Positions 1 through 12,455 are shown, numbered from the whole stretch's first letter. The stretch: 62,907 nt of DNA, filler included, from Rhabdomonas costata (GCA_019059605.1; 39 parts of 39 records of this genome joined end to end with filler, not necessarily neighbours in it); one strand, 5' to 3'. Translations and numbers: made by a program. Notes: generated by a model from the letters alone, not told the origin.

Positions 1-709
1 GGTGTGTGTGCCCGCCTCTGGCGTCCTTTTGTGCAGCAGTTCTCTCCGGGGGTCTGGAGTTCTGGGGAGTGGCGAGTTATGTTGGCTTGTGGGGCGGAAC
101 CCCTTCCGGCGCGTTTCTGCTTTCACTGTCTCCGCCGCCGCCACTACCACCCTGCTCCACCCCCAACCGCGCAGCCACTTTTGCAGTTGTCCGTGCCGGT
201 GCACCTTTCCAGGTCCCTGTTCATGTTTTTTCATTCACTGCTTATGAGTGTGCAAATGGGGATGCTGAACGCGGCCCCAACACACACAACACACAGAGGA
301 GGAGGGGAAACAGAGCTTCGACATTGGAACTACGTCAAAACCATTAGTAACGAATTAGGAATCAATCGAGTCTGAATGCAACGTTTCTATTAGGTTGTGT
401 TATCCAGGAATAATTTACAGTGATTTGAATCCAGATGTTCAGGTTGCTCCGGTTCGAGTCCAAATGCTTGGAACTTCAGATTTCTCGGTTGTGAGCTCAC
501 GTGGTCGGGTCTAAGACGAGGGCATTTCTCATGTGAAATTTCTTGTTGTTCCCCTGAAACCTCTTCCCGCAGGTTACGGGCGACGGTGGGCAGGCCTGGC
601 TTTCTTCCTCAGCTTTTGTGAAGGTGTACTTACTTTTTATGCGGAGCCCAGTGCTGTATTGCCGCTCCCATCTTTCCTCGCATTCTTGTGCAATCGGTGG
701 TAGGATTCA

Positions 710-1487
710 ATGGATGACGATGCGCTGAATGATCTTCTGGCCGGTGTGGGCACAGTGGTCACCAAAGTGAACGAGGACGGCACCGAAGAAAAGGTCCCAC
801 AGAGTGGGGGGGGGGGAGCTGGGCCGGCGTCGCTCTGTTGAGTGGTGCCAGGAATGTGTGCCAGGAGCTCCCCATCCTTCGGCCGACACCGGCACGCCCC
901 TGAAGCGATTCGGGGTTGTGCATCAAACCTCATGGGCCTAGCAGATTGTGGAGGATGCGTTGTTGACAAGTATTTCGGATTTCGGGCGTGGTACATTAGA
1001 CCATTCCTCTGACAACCGGAAAGTAGGTCCGTGGAACGCATCGGAGCATCCTGGAAAACGGAGGTTGGGTGCATCGCCCTCTAACCCCACGAAAAATCTG
1101 TGTCAAGCCCCCCCCCCAAAAAAAAAGATAACAAGATCGATGTGTAGCCCTGTAATCCCCTGCAAAATCTTTCATTGCAATCCAGGGGCTGCTCTCCAAC
1201 TTCTTAAAAAAAAGGGTTGCGTGGCGATCGCGAAGCACTTTTAAAAAATCCATCAAAAAACATGACCAACACAAAAACCCGCGAAGGTATTCGAGAAGGG
1301 CGAGCGCTGCGTGGCCAGCCTGCAGGAGCTCACCGCGGCGGTACGGGCAGAGCTGCGGGTGGTGGAGGAGCTGCCCGAGGGCACGGACAGCCTGGCCCCA
1401 CGGGAGCTCTACCGCCGCCTCGCCGGGTGGGGGGTGGTGCAGCGCACCCTCTTCCCGCTGTTCTCGCGGTACTTCGAAGACCCAAAG
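710..1487 (+). CDS. TIMELESS: Timeless/Tof1/Swi1 family protein, N-terminal exons (710-793, 1287-1487), 3'-partial
   Basis: ATG at 710 gives MDDDALNDLLAGVGTVVTKVNEDGTEEK. GT-AG intron 794-1286, then VFEKGERCVASLQELTAAVRAE...RELYRRLAGWGVVQRTLFPLF. This fits the Timeless N-terminal pattern (LG...Y/F.kg.dC...LkdL...R.....Lg.w.iv..dL.P). The next donor appears to be GC at 1488. Confidence 0.7.
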
Positions 1488-1517
1488 GCATCTGCCCCCC
1501 CCTTCCCACACAACAAA

Positions 1518-1617
1518 NNNNNNNNNNNNNNNNNNNNNNNNNNNNNNNNNNNNNNNNNNNNTTAATTAATTAANNNNNNNNNNNNNNNNNNNNNNNNNNN
1601 NNNNNNNNNNNNNNNNN
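1518..1617. other. Artificial contig linker (N-run + TTAATTAATTAA + N-run), first of 38
   Basis: The same six-frame-stop spacer recurs about every 1.6 kb across the window. Confidence 0.99.
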
Positions 1618-1902
1618 TTTTGTTGTTGCGAAGGGGTCAAAGGGGTCGCCCTTAGCTTCACTCCTTGTTTGGTGACCTGCAAGCCACTGCGGCAGTACAC
1701 AAAGACAGTTGTGGACGATGCTGTCGGGACGACCCTGCTTCCAGGTTAGAACTGACGCGACGAACGGCCATTGGGGAAGGGAGGGTTGCAAAGAACACAG
1801 AGTACTGCGCAAAGTGAGCAGCAAACCATGGGAGAACCCATACCAAGACTGAATGAGACACCACAAGTAAATGCAAGAAAGCAGGCTGGGAAAGGGCCGA
1901 AC

Positions 1903-2044
1903 CTGTTACGTTGTAGTTGTCCCCAGGCCCAAACAGGTTGGTGGGCATCGCGGCAATGAAGTTCGTGCCGTGCTGGCGGTTGTAGCTCTTGCACATGAGC
2001 ACTCCTGCGATCTTGGCAAGGGCGTAGGCATCATTGGTGGGCTC
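1903..2044 (-). CDS. GFUS: GDP-L-fucose synthase (GDP-4-keto-6-deoxymannose epimerase/reductase), internal exon
   Basis: [44 protein letters not shown] carries the SDR YxxxK and the [10 protein letters not shown] signature of Fcl/FX. Bounded by AG (2046-2045) and GT (1902-1901). Confidence 0.93.
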
Positions 2045-2587
2045 CTGGCAACAGAAGAGTGGCGGGTTGGGGTCGAGATAGGGTTCGAAATCGTACTGCG
2101 TCAACACAAACAAAATGCTGCCTCATAGCACACTGAGCTGTCCTAAAGGCTTAGAGTGGCCAGGGTGGAACCTTGAGGCCTTTCTACGGACCGTTCCCCA
2201 GCTCTGCGAGGCTACCCACTGCAAAACTGGCAAAGGATCTTCTGTGTGGATCTTCTCCCGTGGCTGCGGGGGTGAAATAGCGCGCCGATGGAGGAAAATG
2301 GAATGTGACGACTGATGTGTGCGATAGAAAACACATGATGGCAGACTGCATTCAGTTTATTGGTACTGTTAAAAAGGCAACCCGTTCTCATTTACTTTGC
2401 CCTTTGGGGAGTGGGTCAGATGGACTTTTTTGTGTGAGGGTGATGAACGGATTACTGGAAATTCAGCATTGGGATACCGCTCTCCTTGGCATTTCTTGCG
2501 CGTTAGAGGGTGGACTCTCTTGGAGGGTGGAGTCTTGACTTTGCCCGGGAAAGGCACCGAACCGAACGCTTCCCAGAAGATGGCCCA

Positions 2588-3095
2588 TTAAAGGACAGAG
2601 TTCGGAGTCAAGCCAAGCGACACATGAAGGGGTTTTCTGGCCTACCGGCACAGCTAAATCTTTTCATTTAACAGAGTTAAACCGTCCCCAAATGCATCGG
2701 ACCCCACAGCGATATTTCCGTCCCCAAAACATTCGTTTGATAGGTTACCAAGAAAATATGGTGGATTCGCACAAGCTGAAAAGTGAAAAAAGTGCAAAAG
2801 CCAAGGAAGGAAAACAAGTGGCTTCAAACGGGTCTAAACGGGAGCTAAGTCACGGAAGCAAAGGAAAGGAAATGAGGATTCCTGTGGTCGTGCTTGGCAA
2901 AAACCCTCGCCAAAAAGTGTACTGACCTGGGCTGGGAGAAGCTTCGATGGGCGCCCGCAGAGCAAGAACAGCAGCTGTGCTGTAACCAGTTTGATGACGA
3001 CCTGCAGGCCCACCATGACCATGTTGGGGAGCAGCCCAGCATAAAGGCCACTCCAGCCCTCCTTCGCGATCTCCATAAGGCAGTTGAGAACACCA
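2588..3095 (-). CDS. Mitochondrial carrier (SLC25) family, C-terminal exon 3095-2927 plus possible last exon 2641-2588
   Basis: GVLNCLMEIAKEGWSGLYAGLLPNMVMV matches the carrier repeat G..dC...I..EG..GLY.G..PN, with AG/GT boundaries. The last exon ARKPLHVSLGLTPNSVL* is tentative. Confidence 0.72.
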
Positions 3096-3296
3096 CTGCA
3101 TACACGTAACATCCGACAATATTGCGCACCCACANNNNNNNNNNNNNNNNNNNNNNNNNNNNNNNNNNNNNNNNNNNNTTAATTAATTAANNNNNNNNNN
3201 NNNNNNNNNNNNNNNNNNNNNNNNNNNNNNNNNNTAGGCAACCACCGAAGTTGAATTGTTTTTTCACTCAGAATTGCGCTGCTCCACTTCTCTCAG

Positions 3297-4700
3297 ATCC
3301 AGCAAATTTAACGTCGGCTGACTTTGTGAACGTTCCCCTGAGCGAGGTCTGGGGGGCGATGGAGGCTCTTTACCACTCCGGACTGGCACGGGTGTATGCA
3401 CCATTCCCTTGCAAATTGTGCTTTTACCACAGGATGCCTGTGGGGCGTACCTCTACCGAATTTATGGGGCGGAGGGAAAGGGGTCGGAAAGATTACATCA
3501 GAAAGCAATTACAAACGCGAAAGATGGACGAGAAAAAATGTCCCTTACTTGCAATCTCCCAAAACCTTTCCCATTCCCATTCCATCCACACCTTCTGTTC
3601 ATTTTTTCCTATGCTACTGTACCCTTTGTGCTTCCGCGCCAATATTGCTGCCGCAATAGTTCAATACTGTGTCGTGCATGCAACCGTGCGGGTCACTGTT
3701 GCTGTTCCCAGTCAGATCCCCTCAGTCCTATAGTGCGCCTCGGGCCATCCACTACGTAGCAAGACTGGAACATCCGCCGGCATGTCAGAACAAGTGGAGC
3801 ACTCAGACGCCTATGAGCAAACGCCACCCATTTTGTATTCTGCAGAGTTGGCCTTTTGATTCCCCTGATTTCCGCCTTTGGACGAAATAGTTTGCTTTTT
3901 TTTTGTCTCTGCGAGCCTCTATACGGTATTTATGATTTGTACTTTGTCTTCTTACCAATGCGAGTTGAGCCCGTTACAGTGGACAATGATCTGCCCTTTC
4001 CTGGAAGCTGCAAGATTTGTAATCTTGTTTCCAAGTGCGTTTCCTTCGCAGGCGATTGGGGTCAGCAACTTTCCCGTGCACGTCCTGCAGGAGCTTCTCG
4101 CCGTGGCGCGGGTAGTGCCTGCGGTGAACCAGGTGGAGCTCCATCCGCTTCTGAGCCAGGTTGTCCTGGACTTCTGCTGGGTATACTTCATTTTATCTGA
4201 CCTTCTGTTGCCACAACTTTACTTTTGAGGGTCAAGTTCCACATCAGGGTACGCCCGCCCATCGGAATGGCGACAAACATCAAAGAGCAGTTTTTGTTAG
4301 CGCGATTGATTTCAGAGGGTTGCATCGACACGAAAAGTTCAAATTACCCTGGGGGGGGGGTAAGAATGCGGAATGCGGAATACATCATCAAACTGCTGTG
4401 TCGCTTGTTTTCGCGTACAGCCTCCGTGTTTGTGAATAATAATTTACGTTTACATTAGGGATGGGCTCACTCAGATACTGTCCCACCTGTCCTCCAAAGC
4501 CCAGTTTCCCGGTTTCGTACTACCTTAACAATTAGTGCAATCGTCCCAACGTCGGCGTTTCGCCTGTGCTTTCTTTGGTCTCCGCGATTCCGATTGTAAA
4601 ACCTATCGCCGCGCAGGAGCGTCTTCTGCAGTTCTGTGCGCAGCATGGCATTCATGTCACGGGGTACGCCCCCCTGGGCAGCCCGGGCCGACCCGCCCAC
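3297..4700 (+). CDS. Aldo-keto reductase, exons 3297-3391, 4052-4159, 4617-~4700 (partial)
   Basis: [27 protein letters not shown]...[38 protein letters not shown] are classic AKR motifs joined in frame by GT-AG introns. Confidence 0.95.
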
Positions 4701-4913
4701 CACCGCGACGACCCCCACAACACCCAACCCACCAACCACACCCAACACNNNNNNNNNNNNNNNNNNNNNNNNNNNNNNNNNNNNNNNNNNNNTTAATTAA
4801 TTAANNNNNNNNNNNNNNNNNNNNNNNNNNNNNNNNNNNNNNNNNNNNGTGTTGGGTGTGGTTGGGGGGGGTGGTGAGGGTGCAAGAACGCTGTGCGGTG
4901 GTTGGGCAGCGAC

Positions 4914-5005
4914 CGCTGCAGGATGATCGGGATGCAGGCCTCCCCATGCTTCGCGATGAACCGCACCGCGTGGTGGATGACAAGCCGCTGGTGGAGCGAG
5001 TCCGG
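4914..5005 (-). CDS. SURP/SWAP-domain exon (U2SURP/SR140-like splicing factor)
   Basis: After an acceptor ttccccacag the exon reads PDSLHQRLVIHHAVRFIAKHGEACIPIILQR, resembling the SURP consensus P......IH....FV...G..fE..I. Possible upstream exons lie at ~5184-5307 and 5394-5464. Confidence 0.5.
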
Positions 5006-8000
5006 CTGTGGGGAAAATCAGAGAACTGCAAACAATCAAGGGCACGCAAGGTAAGGGGGCCGAGAAGAGAGCAAAAAGGGCCACGAAGAGACGCGCAAGA
5101 ACAGATGTGGAAAGATGGTGGTGGGGACTTGTGGTGAACGTATGTGTGAGTGTGCACTTCATCGCATCGGCGGCGACCTAAACCGTCACAATATAATCGC
5201 TGAAGTGGCATGGCGGGGTGCACCCGCCAAGTCGCGTTGTCGACCAGTCGCTCAAGGACGGGCACCAGCCCGTCTCCAGGAACGCCAGGCCATCAAAGAA
5301 ATCTAACCTGAAAGGGCCCACAAAACATTCAAGAGCAGGAAAGAAAAGGGCACAACGTTCCAAAAGAAAAACAAAATCGGCGACCAAGCACACCTGGCAG
5401 AGATAGTTGAGGTGGACAGAGTCGAAATCTGCACAAACCAGCTGATCAAGGTAAAAGACTTTTTCTGGAGACAGGAGCCGGAGGAATAACGCAAAATGAC
5501 AAAAAAAAAATAATTCAGAATTGGTTCCAGCTTGTGCGCATCTCCTGCACAACCACGGGTCGAAATGACCTGGCCTCGCACGGAGTCATTGCCTTCACGA
5601 TGATGGAGAAAATCAAATTTGGACGAATATTTTTTTGATTTAACAATTTTTTGTTTTAACCTAAAATAACAGAAAGAGAGAGAGAGAATAACGCTGAAAA
5701 GAGCATGGCTGAAGTGGCGTGTGGTCTATTGTGCATAGCAGGCCCCAAAACACTGCGTGGCCGCACTTGGGGTCAGGGGTTACCGTCAGGGTTTCACCCT
5801 CGGCCAGTTGCTCCGTGGCGGCTCTTGCTTATCTCTTTGCGCCGCTTCTTGCCCCACGCAGCAGCGGAGGGTTCACCAAGAAGACGCAGGGCGAGTGGAG
5901 AGGGTTGGAGCTTTGCCCTTCCACGGTTTTACCCTTCCTCCCGTCAACCGTTAACGTCCTCCCACTTCAAGAAATAAAAACCCAGCGCTCAGTGCTAAGC
6001 CAGGATGGCCTTATTACCTCAATCTTCACTCTTTATTTCGCATTTATTTTTGAAAGAATATATTTTTCCAAAAAAAAAATCAAGAACCCGGGGGACTTGA
6101 GAAAATTCTAGTAGCTGTGGCTCAGCACGTCGCTTGGTTTACAAAGATGAAAAGCACGACTCAAAAGGCTAGTGAGCAGTTCTCGCAAAAGAACTAAGAA
6201 CATAGCCCGGGAAGACAAGTAGAGAGAGTGTTTTGATAAAAAAAAATGACACGTTTTCCTGGGCAGTCAATTAAATCAGCTCCGTCCTGATTCAGACTGA
6301 AGCCTCAGCCCAGATATCGAGTGCCGTTCCGGCCCGACACGAACAAAAAATCCATGACCCCCTCCCNNNNNNNNNNNNNNNNNNNNNNNNNNNNNNNNNN
6401 NNNNNNNNNNTTAATTAATTAANNNNNNNNNNNNNNNNNNNNNNNNNNNNNNNNNNNNNNNNNNNNGTGTTGTTGTTTTCTCGCTTTGATGGGGGAGCTC
6501 CTGCATGTAAGTATCCGCGTGAGTGAGTGAGGGAGTGGGTCAGAGCGATTGTTCAGAGAGAATTGAGTCTGTGCGGGCTTGTGCGTCTGTGTATCGAATT
6601 TTCAGGGGAGACGGACTTTCTCCCTTTGTGGTGCAGTGTTGCTTGCCTATTGCTGTTTCTCAACTACCTCTTTGGATGTGCATGGGGATGTGCATGTGCA
6701 TGTGCATGTCATCGCTTCTCCGCTGCCTTCCTTCGATCCTTTGTTCCCCTTTTAGGGGTTTGCCGTTTGGAGATCAGCTATTATTCTGGACCTTCGGTGC
6801 CTGAGCACTGTCGGAGCAGGAAAATCCCGTTACAACCCCCCTCTCTCTCATTCCCTTCGCTTTTTTTTCTTGAGTTGAATGCTTCCCACTTGCTTCAGAG
6901 TGGAAAATTGTATCGTGCCTTCCAAGCTTGACTCCTCAAACACTGCCTCTCGCGCGATCGCAGTCGGCTGAAGGCTCACCTTGCTACCCTTCGAATCATT
7001 AGTGACGAACCGCAGCCGTTCCCACTCTCCGACCACCCACCATTCAGATCACTTTTATGTCTCATTTTCGGCCTCAGAATCCAGCCCCAGGCTTCCTCCC
7101 CCCCCACTCTCTCTGTACAGCTGGGGTTGCGTGGTTTGTTGGTGTCGGTATTGTCGGTATGCTTCTGCCTCTGCCCGCTAAGGCAGTGGCGTGGTGTTGC
7201 CGCTTGACCACATGGCGGTCAACGGATGGACCTTCGCGGAATCACATTGATACCTTGAAAGTCAGACGTTTGTCACAGAAGAACGTGCATTCTGCACCTC
7301 GTTTTCCGTGCCTAAGCTTGATCTAATCCATATAAATGCTATATTTGCTCCGGGAGGGAGGGGGGGCTGTTGCTGTATTGGGTTGTGCCGTGTGCTGTGA
7401 TAGCAGATGACTTTTCGGTTTTCCCCTAAGTGGGGGACGGGGTTTCTATGGTGGCATTAGTGGCATAGGTACGTTACGGTCACGGCGGGTCTCGCCGGTT
7501 CCGCTGTGGTATAATTTGATGGAATTTGATGGTCCCGTTCCCGCCACCACATTTTGTTGTCTGTCACACGACACACGAGCACACGACGTTCTCGAAACGC
7601 GGAATAATACAAACAAAGCAAAAAAAAAAACTCAAAGGGCGAGGAACAAGAATAGCCGCATTGCGCTCACCCAACCATGATGGTAGCAAAAACCCTTTGC
7701 TGAAGACTCGGAAGCGCAGGGTGCAACCAGTCTAGGCGGTGCCTCTGTCTGTCCTCTGTCTACGCCTAGTCAAATAATATTGTCTGCTTCACGCCCAAAG
7801 TGATAACTGTCCATTAAGTAAGAGCATTTCGGACTTCATAGCGAAAAGGGAGTTGAAAAATGAAAAAAAAAAAGCTAACTGAAATGACCTTTTTTTTACG
7901 CTGCCAACTTTTTCATTGACGCTTCCCATGTTTTTATCGTTGGATTTCTAAAAGTCTCACTTTTAAAGTGAAGCGGGCCATACNNNNNNNNNNNNNNNNN

Positions 8001-8429
8001 NNNNNNNNNNNNNNNNNNNNNNNNNNNTTAATTAATTAANNNNNNNNNNNNNNNNNNNNNNNNNNNNNNNNNNNNNNNNNNNNTTTTTGGTTGGAGTTCA
8101 CACCCCTCTACAGCTCGCAAAGAACGCCGACCGCTCGAGGGATGTGAACTTCAACCAATATCATATCAGATGAAAACTTTGCAGTGGCACCTTCTGCGCC
8201 AAAACGATAGGCTGCGAGACTTCTGCACCCTGTTGCCCGGCCTATGCCCCTCGCGGCGACCCAGGCACGAGGAGAATTCCGCCTTCGTTCTGCTGAAACA
8301 GGTTCCTTGCACACCCACCGCTTGAGCATACAAAAGCTGGTCGCTGTTGGACCTGAGCATTCCCATCTCTTGAAGAGGAGGGAGACGTGCGGAGGCGTTT
8401 GTATGTATATCTAAGGTAGTGAGGGATAC

Positions 8430-9210
8430 TCGTTCTTTGGGCAGGGCGGACAGCGGAGCGATCTCGTGGCCTCGACTCTGACCCTCGGCAAAGGAATGAT
8501 CATGAACATCGTGCCCTCGGTGTCCCCAGTGGCGCTCCTGAAGAAGTTCTGCGCAACCTCCCGGTCCAGCGTAGTCGAGGAGAAGGCCGGCCACACCACG
8601 TAGTTGTTGTCATCGTAGAGCTTCTGAACAGTTAAGATGACAGAAACAGAGACCTCTTCACTTCTGAAGCGCTTCCGAGGCGCAAAGTTGGCCCAAGTCG
8701 GCAAGAGTTTTGAGTGCAGACACTCCGTAATGTGGGCAGTGTTTCAGGCATGAGGTCCGAGAATTTAGCAGAGGTGCTCAACAACTTAAGCATATTTATG
8801 AAACGAAGCAAAACCTTGCACAGGCTATCCCTCTTTCCGCGCTGGGGACTGTTGTGATAGCTCAACAAGTTCTTGGATGGATGGTGGGCTAGGTTGCGCC
8901 ATGTGCGCACGGCTGAATCACTGAGCCTTGGTATCGCAGATACGGACAACACACATTCTGGCATTGGAGATTAAGTGAGGATGAGTAGGGCACTGTCGTT
9001 TGAGCATCAGTAAACGATGGCACAGCACGCATCCAGCACGATCACTCCACGGACCGGGTCAACGGAGCGGTTGATTCCTCGGAAGAGACAGGCACCAGGT
9101 GGCAGGATGACCCGGGGCAGTCGGGACAGGCCCTGGTTCAGGTGCAGAATGAACCCCGACCATCGCTCAAGCTCCTCCGATGGAAGCTCCCTCCGAAGTA
9201 CTTCGTTGAT
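8430..9210 (-). CDS. NAD:arginine-type ADP-ribosyltransferase (ART, R-S-E clade), exons 9210-9055 and 8623-8430, with a 1-nt frameshift
   Basis: INEVLR...W..FILHLNQGLSRLP...LFRG (R motif), then VVWPAFSSTTLDREVAQNF (STS motif) and GTMFMI. The EIAPLSALPKE motif continues in a shifted frame. Confidence 0.85.
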
Positions 9211-10075
9211 CTGTGGGACACGTGTGTGCATGCTAGTGTGGCTGGGAATGTGCGATGTGCCAAGGAGACGCACCAAACAAGCGGTACACATGTCCATGTC
9301 TTCGAGGTCTTGGAGTTAAGATGACGTCCGTCATAATCACAGGAAATGAGATTCGAGAGCTGTGATCACGTTTGCATTGCAGAGAGGTACTGTGATATGA
9401 AGACTACATACACCACACACGTGCAGCTCGTGTTCAGTTGTCCAGTATGCTATTATACTCAATTATAATCAAAAGCCAGAAGGCATCGGAGCAAGAGGTA
9501 GGGAGACAGAGAGGGGAGGGGAGGCTACGGAAGGTGTCACAGCGGGGTTCAGGTGACCAAGGTGGTCAAGATAACGCACACACGGCAGACCACCACCCCC
9601 NNNNNNNNNNNNNNNNNNNNNNNNNNNNNNNNNNNNNNNNNNNNTTAATTAATTAANNNNNNNNNNNNNNNNNNNNNNNNNNNNNNNNNNNNNNNNNNNN
9701 GGGTGGTTTTGCGCCTCCGCGGAGTGGGCGGAAGTTTGCCTTTTTGGTGCACCTTTTTGTTTTATAATGCCTTTTTCTCTCCCATTGGGTTGAATTGGGT
9801 TGAAAAGCGTCTTTTCTACTGTATAGTTGAGGCCAAAGGTTGCGAGGCCGTCCTTGCACCCCCCTGACGGTGGCCCTTCACCGAGCTCTTTTCATCTCTC
9901 CCACTTGACTTCACATGGCGATTTTCTTGCTTGTTGTTCTCATTGTCGCTTTCGAAGAGCAGCACACCAAGCGAAAACAAGCACGCACACTTGTGTTGCG
10001 CTGAACCCGAAGAGCGATTCGTTTTGGTCAACATGTTCAGCGAGTTGCAGTCCTTGGGGGTGGGAAACCGCACAG

Positions 10076-10201
10076 ACCACGGGGGCGTTGCCTGCGGAAG
10101 AAATTGTTTTGCGTGGGCTGGCTGTGCTGCGGAGCAAAATGAAGATGCTCCGGGGCGAGGTTCTCAAGGTGACCGAAACCTCCGCTGTGGGAGCACCTGA
10201 G
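10076..10201 (+). CDS. RNA polymerase RPB3/AC40-like subunit, C-terminal exon
   Basis: cag|TTGALPAEEIVLRGLAVLRSKMKML matches the (E)sTGaL.p.eIv..al.vL..K C-terminal motif. GT donor at 10202. Confidence 0.75.
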
Positions 10202-11417
10202 GTTTGCAGAGCTCCTGCTTACTCTCATACGCTCTCGCCCCTTATCCCCAAGTCTGCTGTTTTCTAACGGCGAGGGTATTACATATGCTCCCTTGCTTTT
10301 TGGGACCACCCGCTGCTGCTGAAGCTAGGCACACATATTCCTCAACTCCACACCTTGTTCTCAGCTCTGTATTTTAGGTGACACCGGTGGGAAAACCCAG
10401 TCTAGTGCCCTGACGTCGGAATGACATTCTTGCCGACATTTGGCTCTGTTGGGTGTTCAGCTCTCTCTGTGCCCCTAATCCAAATTCAGGGTGATGAAGC
10501 GATGGCTGATGCGGCTGAACCCTTGGTGTGAGCCGTGTGACATGGACCTCTGGACTGGACCTGCTTGCCCTCGCGCGGACTTCCGTCGTGAAAAATAGCA
10601 TGCTTCCGCTACGCTCGGAGCGGCACTCTGTTCTGGAGCTCGCTCAGTGGACCTCATTGGTGGCCACTTGTCTGGCAAGAGTTTCTCTTTGACTGCACTC
10701 AGACTTTGTGCACAGATTGCCATGCTTTATCTGCCGGATTTGAACGCTTTTTGGCTCTCGGGACACGTGGGAACTTTGCCTTCCTTCCGTAATCGTGGGC
10801 CCTGTTTCATGATAATTTCAGAGGCGGTTTAAAAAACTACCACAACTACCACAGGCATATGCCGACGAAGCCGATTGTGAAACCTGACCTGTGCTCTGCC
10901 CCTTAATTTGCTTTGCTCACTGGAGGGCTTTGCTCAGCAAGGCAGCAAAGGTCTTTTTACCGGCCACGCAGCGTTTCGGGTGGCCTGCTGTTCACACTGG
11001 ATACCCCAGTTTGCTTTGTCTTGGCCCTCTCTCGGATTAAAAATGGAACGTTTTTCCGTCCTTTTTTACTTCCTTTACGGCCTCGGAAAATGGAGGATCG
11101 TGTTGTGTGGGCAGTGTGTCCTCTTGTCCCTCACACAACTTTAAGCGTTCGCTCACGTAGGTCTTTTCACACCTTGCCTCTCCCCTGCTTTTGGAGCGGA
11201 GCAGCCCACCCAACACANNNNNNNNNNNNNNNNNNNNNNNNNNNNNNNNNNNNNNNNNNNNTTAATTAATTAANNNNNNNNNNNNNNNNNNNNNNNNNNN
11301 NNNNNNNNNNNNNNNNNGTGGGTTGTGTACGTGTGTGCGTGTGTGTGTGTTTGTGTGGCGCAGTATAGCGCACAGCACAGGACCTGTGTGGGAGTAGGCG
11401 TGGAAGAGCTGAAAAGG

Positions 11418-11459
11418 TGTGTGTGTTTGTTTGTGTGTTTGTGTGTGTGTGTGTGTGTG
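11418..11459. repeat. (TG)n microsatellite; similar tracts at 18032-18069, 25590-25610, 55270-55293
   Basis: Dinucleotide runs visible directly. Confidence 0.9.
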
Positions 11460-12303
11460 ACGGGTGCTGTACTGAGCGTGCTTCCTTGAGCGCTCCGCTG
11501 CGTTGTGAGCCGACGTTATTGACAATGCGTGCACCGCGCATGATGCACATTCACAGTTAGTAGCAGTGCTGCCTCCTCTTTATTCCTCAAAGACAGCTCC
11601 TCACAGCGGTTGTTTTACACAGCATGAACCGGGCATTTGTTTCTCTGTCCTAAGCAGGCTTTCGCGACCTGTTGTCTGACCGAACTTATCCCTTCTGCCC
11701 TCTTTGTGGTGACCTTTCCTTTCCTTCCGTTTTGTCGATGCACACACGTACGCACAAACACACACCGCACACCCCCACCTTGCCCTCTATCCGCGACTTC
11801 TTTGCCACCCCAGACACTAGGCTGATGACCGGTTTGACACACGAACTTGTTGACAGTTTGGGTGCGCACCGTTCAGGTGCAACCCCTGCGAGACAAATCG
11901 CAGCACCCGGATGCCCTTACCGAGAGAAATCCCCACTCACCCATGCACCCCTAGATCTGAGGCCGCGGAGCACAGAAGAGCGGAGCAGAGACATCGTCCA
12001 CCTCGTTCACCTGCCCAATGGCCAGGGCAAAGTTTACCTAACCCACCTTTGTTTTGGGTGACTTCTAAATAACTCTGAAACTACAAACATCCCCGAAACC
12101 AAAACTAAAAATCTCTCCGTCCACCTCGCTCCTGGTTCGCGGTCTGCGTGCTGCACCACACACACAACCAACAGGCAATTCCAAATGATCATCCGACAGA
12201 GAAATCGAGCGGTGACGAGGCGAACGAGTAGGAAACAAAAGCCGCTCCCCACCTCCGGCCACATTTCTTGTTGAAATTGGGTGAGAAGGGGGAGGGAGCA
12301 AAC

Positions 12304-12455
12304 TTCTTGGGGTCATTCTCGACGATCAGCTCGTTGTCATCATCGCAGTCGTACACCACCTTCGCGCCGTGGGCTACGGCATACAGGAAGCCCACGTTCT
12401 TTCGCCCAAAGTGGTTCCACGGCAGGTGGGGGATAATGCGGTACGGCAGATTTGT
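12304..12455 (-). CDS. STELLO/DUF288-like putative glycosyltransferase exon
   Basis: LPYRIIPHLPWNHFGRKNVGFLYAVAHGAKVVYDCDDDN matches the DUF288 motif RKNxGYLYAIxHGAxxIYDxDDDN, with AG/GT boundaries. Confidence 0.9.
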
